Shown here: piece after piece, positions 8,298 to 18,371 of the stretch | Numbering within the stretch: position 1 is the stretch's first letter | How the letters are laid out: every line of letters begins with the position of its first letter | DNA from: Candidatus Enterousia sp. | GTDB lineage: Bacteria > Pseudomonadota > Alphaproteobacteria > Rs-D84 | Direction of reading: 5' to 3' | NCBI GenBank assembly: GCA_045546155.1 | Contig: JAZQCG010000012.1 | Coordinates: 477 to 64,476 of the forward strand | DNA: 64,000 nucleotides | Notes under the pieces: generated by a model | The model's database searches: none | Seen by the model: the letters and a program-made list of their open reading frames with translations, nothing else | Told to the model about the DNA's origin: nothing | Translations under genes and position numbers: made by a program

Positions 8298-10103
8298 TTA
8301 TTTTTCGGTTTTTTCTTCTTCCTTCTTATTTTCGTCTTTGTTCAGACCCAATGTGTCACGAATCGGTTCGATGACGTTTTCCTTAATCGGCTCTATAACA
8401 TTTTCTCTGATTGGTTCAATGACGTTTTCTTTAATAGGCTCGATAACGTTTTCCTTGATTGGGTCGATGATGGTTGCCTTGGCACTGTCCAGTGTGCGGA
8501 TAAGGGCACGTCGGATTTTACCGCTGATTGTCATTGGTAATGAATCGACGTATTCAATAACGCGCGGACATTTGTAATGTGCGGTGCGCTGCTTTACATA
8601 ATTGATTAATTGGCGGGTTAATAAATCAGATTCTGTAAAAGTTTTATTTAAGACAATTGTTGCCTTAATCGCTTGCCCGCGTGATGGGTCGGGAATACCG
8701 GTGACGGCAACTTCGCGTACGGCGGGATGTTCGGTCAAGACACTTTCAACTTCGAACGGGCTGACGCGATATCCGGCGGATTTAATCAAATCGTCATTAC
8801 GGCCAACAAACCAGAAATATCCATCCGCATCACGGTACGCAACGTCGCCGGTGTGATAATATCCATCGCGATATGCGGCGGCGGTTTGTTTTTCGTCGTG
8901 ATGATAGCCCTGGAACAGGCCAACGGGACGTTTGTCTTTTAAACAAACACAAATTTCACCAACACAGTTGTCTTTTATCGGGTGGCCGCGCTCATCCAGT
9001 AACTGAACATCCCAGCCCGCCGCTGGCATCCCCATAGAGCCCGGTTTTGGTTCAATCCATGGATTGTTAAACAGCATGACGGTTGTTTCGGTTTGGCCAA
9101 ATCCTTCGCGCAGCTTGATGCCGGTCTTTTCAAGAAAGCGTTCATAGACTTCGGGGTTTAGGGCCTCGCCAGCGATGTCGGCTTTTTTCAATTTTGATAA
9201 ATCGTATTTTGACATATCGGCGTGAATCATCATCTTGTACGCGGTCGGTGGTGCGCAAAATGATGTTATGCCGTGTGTGGAAATTGCCGTCAATAAATCG
9301 TGCGCATTGAATACGCGTGAAAAATCGTATATGAATACCGTTGCCCCCGCCAGCCATTGACCGTACATTTTTCCCCACGAACATTTTGCCCAGCCGGATT
9401 CAGATAATGTAAAGTGTATATCATTTTCATCCAGTCGTTGCCAGAACATGGCGGTGTTAATATGTCCCAATGGGTATGTAAAATTATGGGCAACCATTTT
9501 TGGCATGTTGGTTGTACCACTTGTAAAATAAACAACCATCGTGTCGGTGTTTTCGTTTTTTATGCGTGGAAAAGTATCTGGGTAATATTCCAATGCACCG
9601 GCGATATCGCTTGATGGGATTAATTGTATATCGGTACTTTCGCCAATTGCAGATTTTATTTCATCTATAATATGACCGTCATCAAATGCGATAATGGTTT
9701 TGACGTCTGCGGTATCAATACGGTATTTAATGTCTTTGGATTTTAATTGATTGGTTGATGGGATTGGAATTGCGCAAATCTTGTGCATTGCCATCATTAG
9801 CACCCAATATTCCCACCGTCTGCGCATAAATAACAGTACTGTATCATTGCGTTTTATTCCGTGGTCGGTTAAAAAATTAGCGACCATATTTGAATAGCGT
9901 GATAGGTCACGAAATGTAAAAGTTTTTGTTTCGCCGCTGTCATCTGTCCAGATTATGGCAACTTTATCCGGTGACACTTTTGCGATTTCATCGATAACAT
10001 CATATGCAAAGTTAAAGTTGTCTGGAACATTTGGCACTGCGTTTTCTTTGTAATCATCATAATTATCAAATGTATTTTTGTTCAAAAACCGTAGTGCGAA
10101 CAT
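8298..10103 (-). CDS. AMP-forming acyl-CoA synthetase (medium-chain/ACSM-like) with repetitive C-terminal tail
   Basis: AMP-binding motifs YFTSGTTNMPKMV, GYYHTGD, ISGKIRR. Start set at MFALRF (10103) with AAAGGA SD. Tail is (ENVIEPIK)x5 plus KDENKKEEEKTEK. Confidence 0.9.
   Translation of the reverse strand: MFALRFLNKNTFDNYDDYKENAVPNVPDNFNFAYDVIDEIAKVSPDKVAIIWTDDSGETKTFTFRDLSRYSNMVANFLTDHGIKRNDTVLLFMRRRWEYWVLMMAMHKICAIPIPSTNQLKSKDIKYRIDTADVKTIIAFDDGHIIDEIKSAIGESTDIQLIPSSDIAGALEYYPDTFPRIKNENTDTMVVYFTSGTTNMPKMVAHNFTYPLGHINTAMFWQRLDENDIHFTLSESGWAKCSWGKMYGQWLAGATVFIYDFSRVFNAHDLLTAISTHGITSFCAPPTAYKMMIHADMSKYDLSKLKKADIAGEALNPEVYERFLEKTGIKLREGFGQTETTVMLFNNPWIEPKPGSMGMPAAGWDVQLLDERGHPIKDNCVGEICVCLKDKRPVGLFQGYHHDEKQTAAAYRDGYYHTGDVAYRDADGYFWFVGRNDDLIKSAGYRVSPFEVESVLTEHPAVREVAVTGIPDPSRGQAIKATIVLNKTFTESDLLTRQLINYVKQRTAHYKCPRVIEYVDSLPMTISGKIRRALIRTLDSAKATIIDPIKENVIEPIKENVIEPIRENVIEPIKENVIEPIRDTLGLNKDENKKEEEKTEK
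8361..8473. repeat. Tandem 24-nt repeat (about 4.7 copies) inside the 3' end of the acyl-CoA synthetase CDS
   Basis: aatcggttcgatgacgttttcctt / aatcggctctataacattttctct / gattggttcaatgacgttttcttt / aataggctcgataacgttttcctt / gattgggtcgatgatgg. In frame, encoding [IP]IKENVIEP units. Confidence 0.9.
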
Positions 10104-10181
10104 ATTTATTCCTTTTGGTTTGCAAAAATAAATATGGGGCACAGATGGCCAAATTACAAGTAAAAATATGAAAAAATTAAG

Positions 10182-10210
10182 TTGATTTTAATCGGTTTTA
10201 ATTGCATAAT
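10182..10210 (+). promoter_or_regulatory. Candidate sigma70 promoter for tRNA-Pro
   Basis: TTGATT-N17-CATAAT, about 20 nt upstream of the tRNA 5' end. Confidence 0.45.
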
Positions 10211-10229
10211 CAGCGGCGTTTAGGTTTGA

Positions 10230-10306
10230 CGGAGTGTAGCTCAGCCTGGTAGAGCGCTACGTTCGGGACGTAGAGGCCGCTGGTTCGAACCCAGTCACTC
10301 CGACCA
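10230..10306 (+). tRNA. tRNA-Pro (anticodon CGG)
   Basis: Manual cloverleaf: acceptor CGGAGTG/CACTCCG, D arm GCTC/GAGC, anticodon arm CTACG-TTCGGGA-CGTAG (U33, CGG, G37), T arm GCTGG-TTCGAAC-CCAGT, encoded CCA. 77 nt. Confidence 0.9.
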
Positions 10307-10311
10307 CTAAT

Positions 10312-10339
10312 AAAAAAATGGCCCAATGGGCCGTTTTTT
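10312..10339 (+). terminator. Rho-independent terminator after tRNA-Pro
   Basis: aaaaaaatggccc-aat-gggcc followed by gTTTTTT. Confidence 0.6.
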
Positions 10340-10401
10340 ATTAGTGTGGGTTTGATGGTCGATATTACACATTGGTGATTTTTGTGATATAATTAATCCT
10401 A

Positions 10402-11385
10402 ATGGTTGATGAAAAAGTAAATTTTGAATTAGTGCCAGAAATCGACTGGGGCGATGAATACGAAGGGGTGTCTGGGCGGGCCACCACGGTTGTGCGTATG
10501 GAATCGTTGGATGGGAGTTTTGTTGAAAAATTTGTAAGTGAAACGGGCCCGTATGCAATGCGGTGGCCAATGTGGTTGGCAAAACAAATAGATGCCGCGC
10601 AAATTACAAATGATTTAAGGGCCAAACATAATCCGCACTATGATGTGCCAAAGACTTTTATTTCCCATGGTCATGTACGTGAACAGTATGTTGATGGGAT
10701 TAATGCAGATGAATACACGGGTAATAAGGCTGATTTAATTCCAGCAATTGCACATTTTATTAATGATATGTCGGAATTGCGCCCGCTTAGGTTTGTTCGT
10801 AATCATGGTGTAAATGGGCTGCAAATGGAAAATATTGCGGATCTGGACAAGCTATTGGACAAGGTGCGTAAATACAATGTTGTTCGTGAAGAGAACTTAA
10901 AATTAATTCGCGATGTATTTGAATTTTTGCGTGATATACCTGAAAACAATTATTTTGTTTTTGGACATAATGATTTGCATCCTGGAAATGTGTTGGTGAA
11001 TCCAAAGACTGGACGTATGTCTGTGATTGATTTTGAATTGTCGGGGTATCAACCAATGTCTTATATGCTTTATACACAAATGCAAATGGGGCCGCCCGTG
11101 TGGGATTATGTAAATAAATTGCCGCGCGTTGTTAACCCGAAGTTGCGCTGGAATTATGATGCACGTATTGCAGAACTCTATAATTTTATGCACAGGGTGA
11201 TGCTGAATATAGAAAAGTCCTATGTGTATGACAAAGATATGGCGGCAAATATTTTGTCGGATATTAATATGCTTTGCAATCCGGTTGTGCGAAAAAAATT
11301 CGCAGCACTTAAACTAAAGTATCAAGATACCTTGGTATGCGACGAGATGTCGTTGGTGCCGGTTTCGCATTATGAACGTGGGTAA
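10402..11385 (+). CDS. Protein-kinase-like-fold phosphotransferase (APH/choline-kinase type), paralog A
   Basis: Catalytic loop HNDLHPGN (HxDxxxxN) followed by VIDFELSGY. Clearly paralogous to 12865-13857 along its length; both end in LVP[VM]SHYE. Confidence 0.7.
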   Translation: MVDEKVNFELVPEIDWGDEYEGVSGRATTVVRMESLDGSFVEKFVSETGPYAMRWPMWLAKQIDAAQITNDLRAKHNPHYDVPKTFISHGHVREQYVDGINADEYTGNKADLIPAIAHFINDMSELRPLRFVRNHGVNGLQMENIADLDKLLDKVRKYNVVREENLKLIRDVFEFLRDIPENNYFVFGHNDLHPGNVLVNPKTGRMSVIDFELSGYQPMSYMLYTQMQMGPPVWDYVNKLPRVVNPKLRWNYDARIAELYNFMHRVMLNIEKSYVYDKDMAANILSDINMLCNPVVRKKFAALKLKYQDTLVCDEMSLVPVSHYERG

Positions 11386-11785
11386 CAAGATACGGTTGGG
11401 GGTAAAAGATATGTTTTTTCCAAAAAGTGTTTTGGGATTTTATGTAAAGTATTTTTGGCGATATTGTGGGCTTGTTGCGCTGTTGTATTCTGTGTTGGCG
11501 ATAATTGATGTGTTTGTGACAAATTTATTGCCTGCATATTTTTTGAAACAGGTGGTAAATGTTCTGGAATCTGTTCAAATGGCAGAGGCTTTTGAACGCT
11601 TGGCGCGTGGTCGAACAACGATTGTTATTGCGCACAGATTATCAACCCTGCGTAACATGGATAGAATTATTGTTTTAGATAATGGCCAGGTTATAGAGCA
11701 GGGCTCGCATAATCAGTTGGTGCGTTCGGGCGGTGTCTATTCTCGATTATGGAAAATGCAATCGGGTGGATTTATTCAAGAATAA
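11372..11785 (+). pseudogene. Internally collapsed ABC exporter (MsbA-type) remnant
   Basis: The N-terminus looks like TM1 of an ABC exporter (WRYCGLVALLYSVLAIIDVFVTNLLPAYFLKQV). It is joined directly to the extreme C-terminus of the ATPase domain (RGRTTIVIAHRLSTLRNMDRIIVLDNGQVIEQGSH..YSRLWKMQ). Walker A, the signature motif and most of the TMD are missing. Confidence 0.7.
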
Positions 11786-11820
11786 ATTCAGTTGTTGAAT
11801 TTTAATTTAGGGTTGTAATA

Positions 11821-12846
11821 ATGCGTGCTATGAAAATGAAAAGATTTTTTCGAAAAAATAAACCGCTGGTCGTTGTCGTTGGGATTGTGGCAGTGGCGTT
11901 TGGTTTAATGGTGTGGCAGTTTGGTGTGCGGTCGACTGTTAACACATCGCGTACATTTATTATAAATCGTGGTGCATCGGTTGGCGCAGTTGCGCACAGT
12001 TTGCATCAACATAATTTAGTTATTTCACCTATGACATTTAAAATGGCGGTGCGTATGAACGGCGGACGCGTGCAAAGCGGCGAATATGATATTCCCCGTG
12101 GGATTAGCAGTTGGGGACTGGCGCGGATGTTCGCAAATGGTGATGTGGCGTCTACGACCGTGACTGTACCAGAGGGATTAACCGTTAAACAGATTAAGCA
12201 ATTATTATTAAATGCATCTGGTTTAACCGGTGGGGTGGAATGTGGCGCGGATAAATCTTTGCCGGTGTGTAATTTGAAAGACGGTGATTTGTTCCCAGAC
12301 ACATATCGGGTCGCACGTGGAACATCGCGTTTGGCGGTGTTGGAATTAATGCGAAAAAAGATGGTTTCGTTACAGGAAGAAATGGATCGGTTTATTCGTC
12401 GCCTGCCAAAGCCGTTAAAGACGTGGGATGATGTTGTGGTGTTGGCATCTATTATTCAAAAGGAAACACCGCGTGAATCAGAAATGCCAATGGTGGCCAG
12501 TGTTTATATCAATCGTTTGAACAAGGGGATGCGACTGCAGGCTGATCCGACGGTTGTCTATGCGATAACAAATGGCCTGGGGGATATGCAGGGTGCGCCG
12601 TTACTAAAAGCACACCTGGGGGTGGACAGTCCATATAATACCTATAAGAAATCAGGATTACCACCGGCGCCAATTGCAAATGTTGGTCGGTCTGCGATTA
12701 GTGCGGCTTTAAAGCCAGCTGATACAAAATATCTGTATTTCGTTGCCGACGGGCAGGGTGGACATAAATTCGCCCGTGATTACGAAACGCACAAGAAGAA
12801 TCATGCCGCATGGCGTCAGATAAAAAAACAGAAAAAATCAAATTAA
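11821..12846 (+). CDS. mltG: Endolytic murein transglycosylase MltG (YceG-like)
   Basis: N-terminal TM helix. Family motifs LASIIQKET, VYINRLNKGMRLQADPTVVYA, YNTYKKSGLPPAPIAN, YLYFVADGQGGHKFA. Confidence 0.9.
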   Translation: MRAMKMKRFFRKNKPLVVVVGIVAVAFGLMVWQFGVRSTVNTSRTFIINRGASVGAVAHSLHQHNLVISPMTFKMAVRMNGGRVQSGEYDIPRGISSWGLARMFANGDVASTTVTVPEGLTVKQIKQLLLNASGLTGGVECGADKSLPVCNLKDGDLFPDTYRVARGTSRLAVLELMRKKMVSLQEEMDRFIRRLPKPLKTWDDVVVLASIIQKETPRESEMPMVASVYINRLNKGMRLQADPTVVYAITNGLGDMQGAPLLKAHLGVDSPYNTYKKSGLPPAPIANVGRSAISAALKPADTKYLYFVADGQGGHKFARDYETHKKNHAAWRQIKKQKKSN

Positions 12847-12864
12847 TTATGGGGGGCTGTGACG

Positions 12865-13857
12865 ATGGATACTAGAACCTTTCAAATTGTTACACCAGAT
12901 GATGCCGCAGAGCAGGTTGATTTGCCATCAGGACATGCAACGGTTGTAAGAAAAATGGAAACATTAACCGGTGATGTTGTTGTTAAGGAAATAAACAAAA
13001 AAACAGGTAAGTTTAATGTTGCAGAGGCGGAACGTGAAGTATGGTGGTTAAATGCCCAGAAAAAAGCTAAGGTAAATTCAGAAAAGATAAGAGAAAAAGG
13101 CAGTTCTGTATATTTTGTTCCAAAAACCTATGTTTCACATGGCAAGGTTCGTGAAGAATTTGTTTCTGGTAATCGTTGGCGCGATGTGTTTAAAGGGCTT
13201 TCAGAACAGGATAAGATGTGGGCGTTTAAAGCGGTGGCAGAATTCATTAATGATATGTCTGAATTATATCCTATTAAATATGATGATAAAGTGCGCAGTG
13301 TGCCTTTTATTCCTATAAAAGGGCCAGAAGCATTGGCCAAAGGGTTGGAAACATTAGATGAAAAATATATTTCCAAAGAAGATAAGCAGTTGATTCAAGA
13401 TATTTATGAATATTTAAGTCGTGTTCCTGAAAACAGAGTATTGGTTTGGGGGCATAATGATTTACATCCTGATAATATCATCATAGACCTGGAAAAAAGA
13501 CAAATTGGTATCATAGATTTTGAATTGTCGGGGTATGGTTCGGCATTTTGTTCTATGTACAGGGGGATGATGGATTCGCCGGATTTTTGGGATTATGTGA
13601 ACAAATTGCCACGTTCAAAAAATCCAGATTTTTCATGGAACTTTGTGTCAGAGCATCGCGATTTGCATCGTTTTTTGCGCTGGGCATATAAGGAAGTTGT
13701 AGAAAGTGGCCAAAGTTTAGAAAGTGTTAGCGATAAGCTGAGGGCGGAGTGTGAAAGGGTTCGATATATTTTTGCGCGTGCTAAGATAAAATCCAACACG
13801 CCTGCTGAAAAGCAGAAAATGCCATTGGTTCCGATGTCGCATTATGAAAAGGATTAA
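12865..13857 (+). CDS. Protein-kinase-like-fold phosphotransferase, paralog B
   Basis: HNDLHPDN and IIDFELSGY motifs. ATG at 12865 with GGGGGG SD preferred over GTG at 12859. Confidence 0.7.
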   Translation: MDTRTFQIVTPDDAAEQVDLPSGHATVVRKMETLTGDVVVKEINKKTGKFNVAEAEREVWWLNAQKKAKVNSEKIREKGSSVYFVPKTYVSHGKVREEFVSGNRWRDVFKGLSEQDKMWAFKAVAEFINDMSELYPIKYDDKVRSVPFIPIKGPEALAKGLETLDEKYISKEDKQLIQDIYEYLSRVPENRVLVWGHNDLHPDNIIIDLEKRQIGIIDFELSGYGSAFCSMYRGMMDSPDFWDYVNKLPRSKNPDFSWNFVSEHRDLHRFLRWAYKEVVESGQSLESVSDKLRAECERVRYIFARAKIKSNTPAEKQKMPLVPMSHYEKD

Positions 13858-14192
13858 AAACATTTTAATTCATTTTTTTGCGCGTTGTATGGCGGGTGTC
13901 GGGTTTGCTAAAAAAATATTTTAAATTTTTTTGCTTGAAGTCGTCACTTGGTTAATTTTATTAATTATTAAAAATTATAACGAATTATAACAAAATAAAT
14001 AAACGCCTTAGATTTTGGGCGTTTTGGTTTGTCTTAAGAATAAAATCCGATTCGTGGACGCGCGTTAGAATAGCATAAAAATGCGTGTTTTGCAAAAATC
14101 TTTAATCTTGTCGGTGGGATTTTTTACCTGATACAATTGTACTAACTAGACGAATTAATCTAGTTTAGTTAACAAAAACGAAAGGAAATAAT

Positions 14193-14960
14193 ATGAAAAA
14201 ATTAGCATTAACTTCTTTGTTGGCTTTCTTTGCAGTATCTGGTGCACACGCGGCAAACATTATTGATGGTAATCCATTATATCGCCCGGGCGAAGGTCAT
14301 TTTTATAGCAATTTTGCCGTAGAATCACATTCAGAGGCAATTGAAGATTGGAAAATTGCCGAGGAATTTGGTTATGGCGTTACAAATGAATTGAAATTGT
14401 TCATGAAGACAGGTGTTTCCGAAACAGAAGGTTTTGATTACATGTCTTGGAACGATTTGACCGTTGGGCTGGATTATCGTTTTTATGATGCAGAAAATTG
14501 GAAGGCCGACGTCTATGGCGTGTACTCGTTAAATCCAGTGTGGGGTGATCATGAACCGTTCTTGGATGAAGATAAGACGGGCTATACTTGGACATTGGGG
14601 GCGCGCGCTGGTTATGTTGGTGCGGGTTGGACCGTGGCTGGACATGTTGATTTTGACTATTTGAATTCAGAATCATTTAACTGGGGTGATGATGGTATCC
14701 ACAAATTAAGCGTGGGTGTTGATGGTCAACTGGTTCTGTGTCCAAAATGGAATCTGATTGCCGGGGTTGAATATACCGGGATATTGGATGACGAATTTGA
14801 AGATGCAGGCAAATGGACTGGCAAATTCGGTGCGAACTATAATTTAGACGAAACCAAATACATTGGTGCTTATATCATGGGTGAAATGGGGCATGCCACA
14901 GGTGATTGGGAAGTTGCCGATGGCTTTGGATTTGGTGTGAACTTTGGTATAGATTTTTAA
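14193..14960 (+). CDS. Small outer-membrane beta-barrel protein
   Basis: Signal peptide MKKLALTSLLAFFAVSGAHA, alternating aromatic/Gly-rich strands, C-terminal ...GVNFGIDF ending in Phe. Confidence 0.7.
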   Translation: MKKLALTSLLAFFAVSGAHAANIIDGNPLYRPGEGHFYSNFAVESHSEAIEDWKIAEEFGYGVTNELKLFMKTGVSETEGFDYMSWNDLTVGLDYRFYDAENWKADVYGVYSLNPVWGDHEPFLDEDKTGYTWTLGARAGYVGAGWTVAGHVDFDYLNSESFNWGDDGIHKLSVGVDGQLVLCPKWNLIAGVEYTGILDDEFEDAGKWTGKFGANYNLDETKYIGAYIMGEMGHATGDWEVADGFGFGVNFGIDF

Positions 14961-14983
14961 AATTAAAATCCATAATATGTTGG

Positions 14984-15012
14984 CCCCCGATAGTATGGTC
15001 GGGGGCGTTTCG
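14984..15012 (+). terminator. Terminator-like hairpin after the OMP gene
   Basis: gcccccg-atagtatggt-cgggggc followed by gTTT (weak T tract). Confidence 0.45.
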
Positions 15013-15108
15013 TACCATGATGTATTTTGTCAAAAATGTATTTTGCCTAAAGTCCTAAAAATACGGCGGTTTCAAGGGGAAATCTTATTATTTTTTCCTA
15101 GATTTTTC

Positions 15109-15137
15109 TTGACAACACGGGGGTTCGGGGTTATAGT
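15109..15137 (+). promoter_or_regulatory. Strong sigma70-type promoter of the str operon
   Basis: TTGACA-N17-TATAGT, 150 nt upstream of rpsL. Confidence 0.65.
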
Positions 15138-15287
15138 GTGTTCGCTTTTCGTGTACTCAAGAAAAGTGGAAAATACAGAAACCGCCTGCAAATTACAGAT
15201 TTATAATCCGGCCTAAGTCGTTGAAATAAGTCTGATTAGGTGGCTTTTGTGCAGAATAAAAACAGGTAGAAAACAAAGAGATTTTGA

Positions 15288-15659
15288 ATGCCAACAGTAA
15301 ACCAACTGATTCGGAAGCCTCGTAAAAAAGTCGTGGTTAAAAGTACTGCGCCTGACATGATGGAAAACCCACAGAAACGTGGTGTTTGCACACGTGTTTA
15401 TACGACAACTCCGAAAAAACCTAACTCGGCGCAGCGTAAGGTTGCCCGTGTAAAATTGGCCAACGGCCGCGAAGTAACAGCCTATATCCCAGGCGAAGGT
15501 CACAATTTACAGGAACACAGCGTTGTTATGATTCGTGGTGGTCGTGTAAAGGACTTACCTGGTGTTAAATATCACATCATCCGTGGTGTATTGGATACCA
15601 AGGGTGTTGAAAGTAGAAAACAGGGTCGTTCTTTGTACGGGGCTAAAACAAAGAAATAA
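15288..15659 (+). CDS. rpsL: 30S ribosomal protein S12
   Basis: [14 protein letters not shown]...[14 protein letters not shown]. Confidence 0.98.
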   Translation: MPTVNQLIRKPRKKVVVKSTAPDMMENPQKRGVCTRVYTTTPKKPNSAQRKVARVKLANGREVTAYIPGEGHNLQEHSVVMIRGGRVKDLPGVKYHIIRGVLDTKGVESRKQGRSLYGAKTKK

Positions 15660-15735
15660 TAAGTTAACCACACGCATATAATGTGCGTGAGTAATCTGTT
15701 GAAAAAACAGGTGAAGTGACAAAAGGAAAAGTAAA

Positions 15736-16212
15736 ATGTCAAGACGTAAAGCTGCAACAAAACGCGAAATTTTACCAGATTCCAAATATAATAATCTGGT
15801 TGTTGCAAAATTGATTAATAATGTTATGTGGGACGGCAAGAAGGAAGTTGCTGAAAATATCGTATATGGCGCAATGGATAAGTTGAAAGCATTGGCCAAA
15901 GACGGTAAAAGCGAATTGGATCTGTGCTTGGAAGCAATTGATGCGTTGAAACCTTCGGTTGAAGTAAAAGGTCGTCGTGTAGGTGGTGCAACATACCAGG
16001 TTCCATGTGAAGTTCGTCCAGCACGTCAGCAAACAATGGCTATTCGTTGGCTGGTTATGTTTGCACGTAAACGTGGCGAACGCACAATGATGGATAGATT
16101 GTTCGGTGAATTGCGTGATGCTTTGAGTGGCCAGGGTGGCGCATTCAAGAAAAAGCTGGATACACACAGAATGGCAGAAGCAAACAAAGCGTTTGCACAC
16201 TTCCGTTGGTAA
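15736..16212 (+). CDS. rpsG: 30S ribosomal protein S7
   Basis: [18 protein letters not shown]...[10 protein letters not shown]. Confidence 0.98.
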   Translation: MSRRKAATKREILPDSKYNNLVVAKLINNVMWDGKKEVAENIVYGAMDKLKALAKDGKSELDLCLEAIDALKPSVEVKGRRVGGATYQVPCEVRPARQQTMAIRWLVMFARKRGERTMMDRLFGELRDALSGQGGAFKKKLDTHRMAEANKAFAHFRW

Positions 16213-16239
16213 TAAATACAAAGGAAAAGGAAAGATACA

Positions 16240-18321
16240 ATGTCAGTCGGAAAAACCGCACCTTTACATATGTACCGCAATATTGGCATTATGGCCCATA
16301 TTGATGCGGGTAAAACAACTACATCAGAACGTATCTTGTTCTATACTGGTAAAACATACAAGATTGGTGAAGTGCACGATGGTGGCGCAACCATGGACTG
16401 GATGGAACAGGAACAAGAACGTGGTATTACGATTACGTCTGCGGCAACAACTTGCTTCTGGCGCGATCACCGTATTAACCTGATTGATACACCGGGGCAC
16501 GTGGACTTTACAATGGAAGTAGAACGTTCTTTGCGTGTATTGGACGGCGCGGTTGCGGTTTTCGAATCGGTATCTGGTGTTCAGCCCCAGACAGAAACAG
16601 TATGGCGTCAGGCAGACCGCTATAGAGTTCCACGTATTTGCTTTGTAAATAAGATGGATCGTATCGGTGGTAATTTCTTCCGCTGTGTTGATATGATTCG
16701 TGAACGTTTGGGCGCAAATCCATTGGTTTTGAATTTCCCAATTGGTGCAGAATCAGATTTCTGTGGTGTTGTTGACGTTGTTGAAATGCGCGCAATCGTT
16801 TGGGAAGATGATATGGGTAAAGAACCAATTGTCAAAGAAATCCCAGAAGATTTGAAAGCCAAAGCCCAAGAATTGCATGAAAAATTGGTAGAAGAAGTTG
16901 TAACACTGGATGATGAAATAATGGAAGCTTATATGGAAGGTAATGTTCCAGATACAGCGACTATTAAAAAATTAATCCGCAAGGGTACAATTAATCAGAA
17001 CTTTAACCCAGTTATGTGCGGCACAGCATTTAAGAACAAGGGTGTTCAGCCATTATTGGATGCGATTGTAGATTATTTGCCAAGCCCGTTGGATATTCCA
17101 GCGATTCAGGGTACAAAAATGGATGGTGAAACAGCCGACGAACGTAAGCCAGATGCCAAAGAACCATTTAGCGCATTGGCGTTTAAGGTTGCAAATGACC
17201 CATTTGTAGGTAACCTGATGTTTATCCGTATTTATTCTGGTAAATTACAGTCTGGTTCGTATATCTATAATTCTAACCGTGATAAACGTGAACGCGTTGG
17301 TCGTATGTTGTTGATGCACTCTAATAATCGTGAAGAAATCAAAGAAGCATCAGCTGGTGACATTATCACATTGGTTGGTATGAAGGAAACAATCACAGGT
17401 GATACACTGTGTGATGAAGCGAATCCAATCTTGTTGGAATCTATTCATGTTCCAGAACCGGTTATCAGTATTGCGGTTGAACCAAAGACCAAAGCTGACA
17501 TTGAAAAGATGTCTTTGGGTTTGCAGGCGTTGGCCAAAGAAGATCCTTCGTTCCGTGTATCTGTTGACGAAGAATCTGGTCAAACAATTCTGTCGGGTGT
17601 AGGTGAATTGCACTTGGAAATTTTGGTTGATCGTTTGTTGCGTGAATTTAAAGTGGATGTTAACGTTGGTGAGCCACGTATTGCATACCGTGAAACATTC
17701 CGCAAACCAATCACAGAAGAATATACACACAAGAAACAGTCTGGTGGTTCGGGTCAGTATGCCCAGGTTAAGATTGAATTTGAACCATTAGAACCAGGTC
17801 AGGGTTACGAATTCGAAAACAAGATTGTTGGTGGTGCGATTCCAAAAGAATACATCCCAGGTGTGGAAAAAGGTTTGAAGATAGCACAACAGACAGGTGT
17901 TCTGATTGGCTATCCAACTGTAGATTTCAAGGCTACATTAGTAGATGGTAAGTATCACGAAGTTGACTCTAATGTATTGTGCTTTGAAATTGCGGCGCGT
18001 GCGTGCTTCCGCGAAGCGATGAAGAAAGCGGCGCCAAAATTGTTGGAACCGATTATGAAACTTTCGGTTAACACACCGGAAGAATATGTCGGTGACATCA
18101 TTGGTGACTTGAACAGTCGTCGTGGTCAGATTAACGGAATTGAAACACAGTTCGGTAATCAGCAGATTTCTGCATTTGTACCATTGGCAAATCTGTTCGG
18201 ATACGTCAAGACATTGCGTTCGTTGTCACAGGGTCGTGCAAATCCATATATGGAATTGTCACACTATGACGAAGTACCGCAGAACGTCGCAGATGAAGTA
18301 ATCAAAAAGCTGACGAAATAA
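16240..18321 (+). CDS. fusA: Elongation factor G
   Basis: 693 aa. [21 protein letters not shown] motifs and the EF-G domain order. Confidence 0.98.
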   Translation: MSVGKTAPLHMYRNIGIMAHIDAGKTTTSERILFYTGKTYKIGEVHDGGATMDWMEQEQERGITITSAATTCFWRDHRINLIDTPGHVDFTMEVERSLRVLDGAVAVFESVSGVQPQTETVWRQADRYRVPRICFVNKMDRIGGNFFRCVDMIRERLGANPLVLNFPIGAESDFCGVVDVVEMRAIVWEDDMGKEPIVKEIPEDLKAKAQELHEKLVEEVVTLDDEIMEAYMEGNVPDTATIKKLIRKGTINQNFNPVMCGTAFKNKGVQPLLDAIVDYLPSPLDIPAIQGTKMDGETADERKPDAKEPFSALAFKVANDPFVGNLMFIRIYSGKLQSGSYIYNSNRDKRERVGRMLLMHSNNREEIKEASAGDIITLVGMKETITGDTLCDEANPILLESIHVPEPVISIAVEPKTKADIEKMSLGLQALAKEDPSFRVSVDEESGQTILSGVGELHLEILVDRLLREFKVDVNVGEPRIAYRETFRKPITEEYTHKKQSGGSGQYAQVKIEFEPLEPGQGYEFENKIVGGAIPKEYIPGVEKGLKIAQQTGVLIGYPTVDFKATLVDGKYHEVDSNVLCFEIAARACFREAMKKAAPKLLEPIMKLSVNTPEEYVGDIIGDLNSRRGQINGIETQFGNQQISAFVPLANLFGYVKTLRSLSQGRANPYMELSHYDEVPQNVADEVIKKLTK

Positions 18322-18371
18322 TAAAAAGAAAGAAGTTTTAAACTTAACAAGCAAGCCTAAGGAGAAAACTA

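Noticed and set aside
8361-8473. Possible CRISPR array, because of the regular 24-nt repeats
   Set aside because: The repeats are contiguous with no spacers, they are in frame within a CDS, and no cas genes are present.
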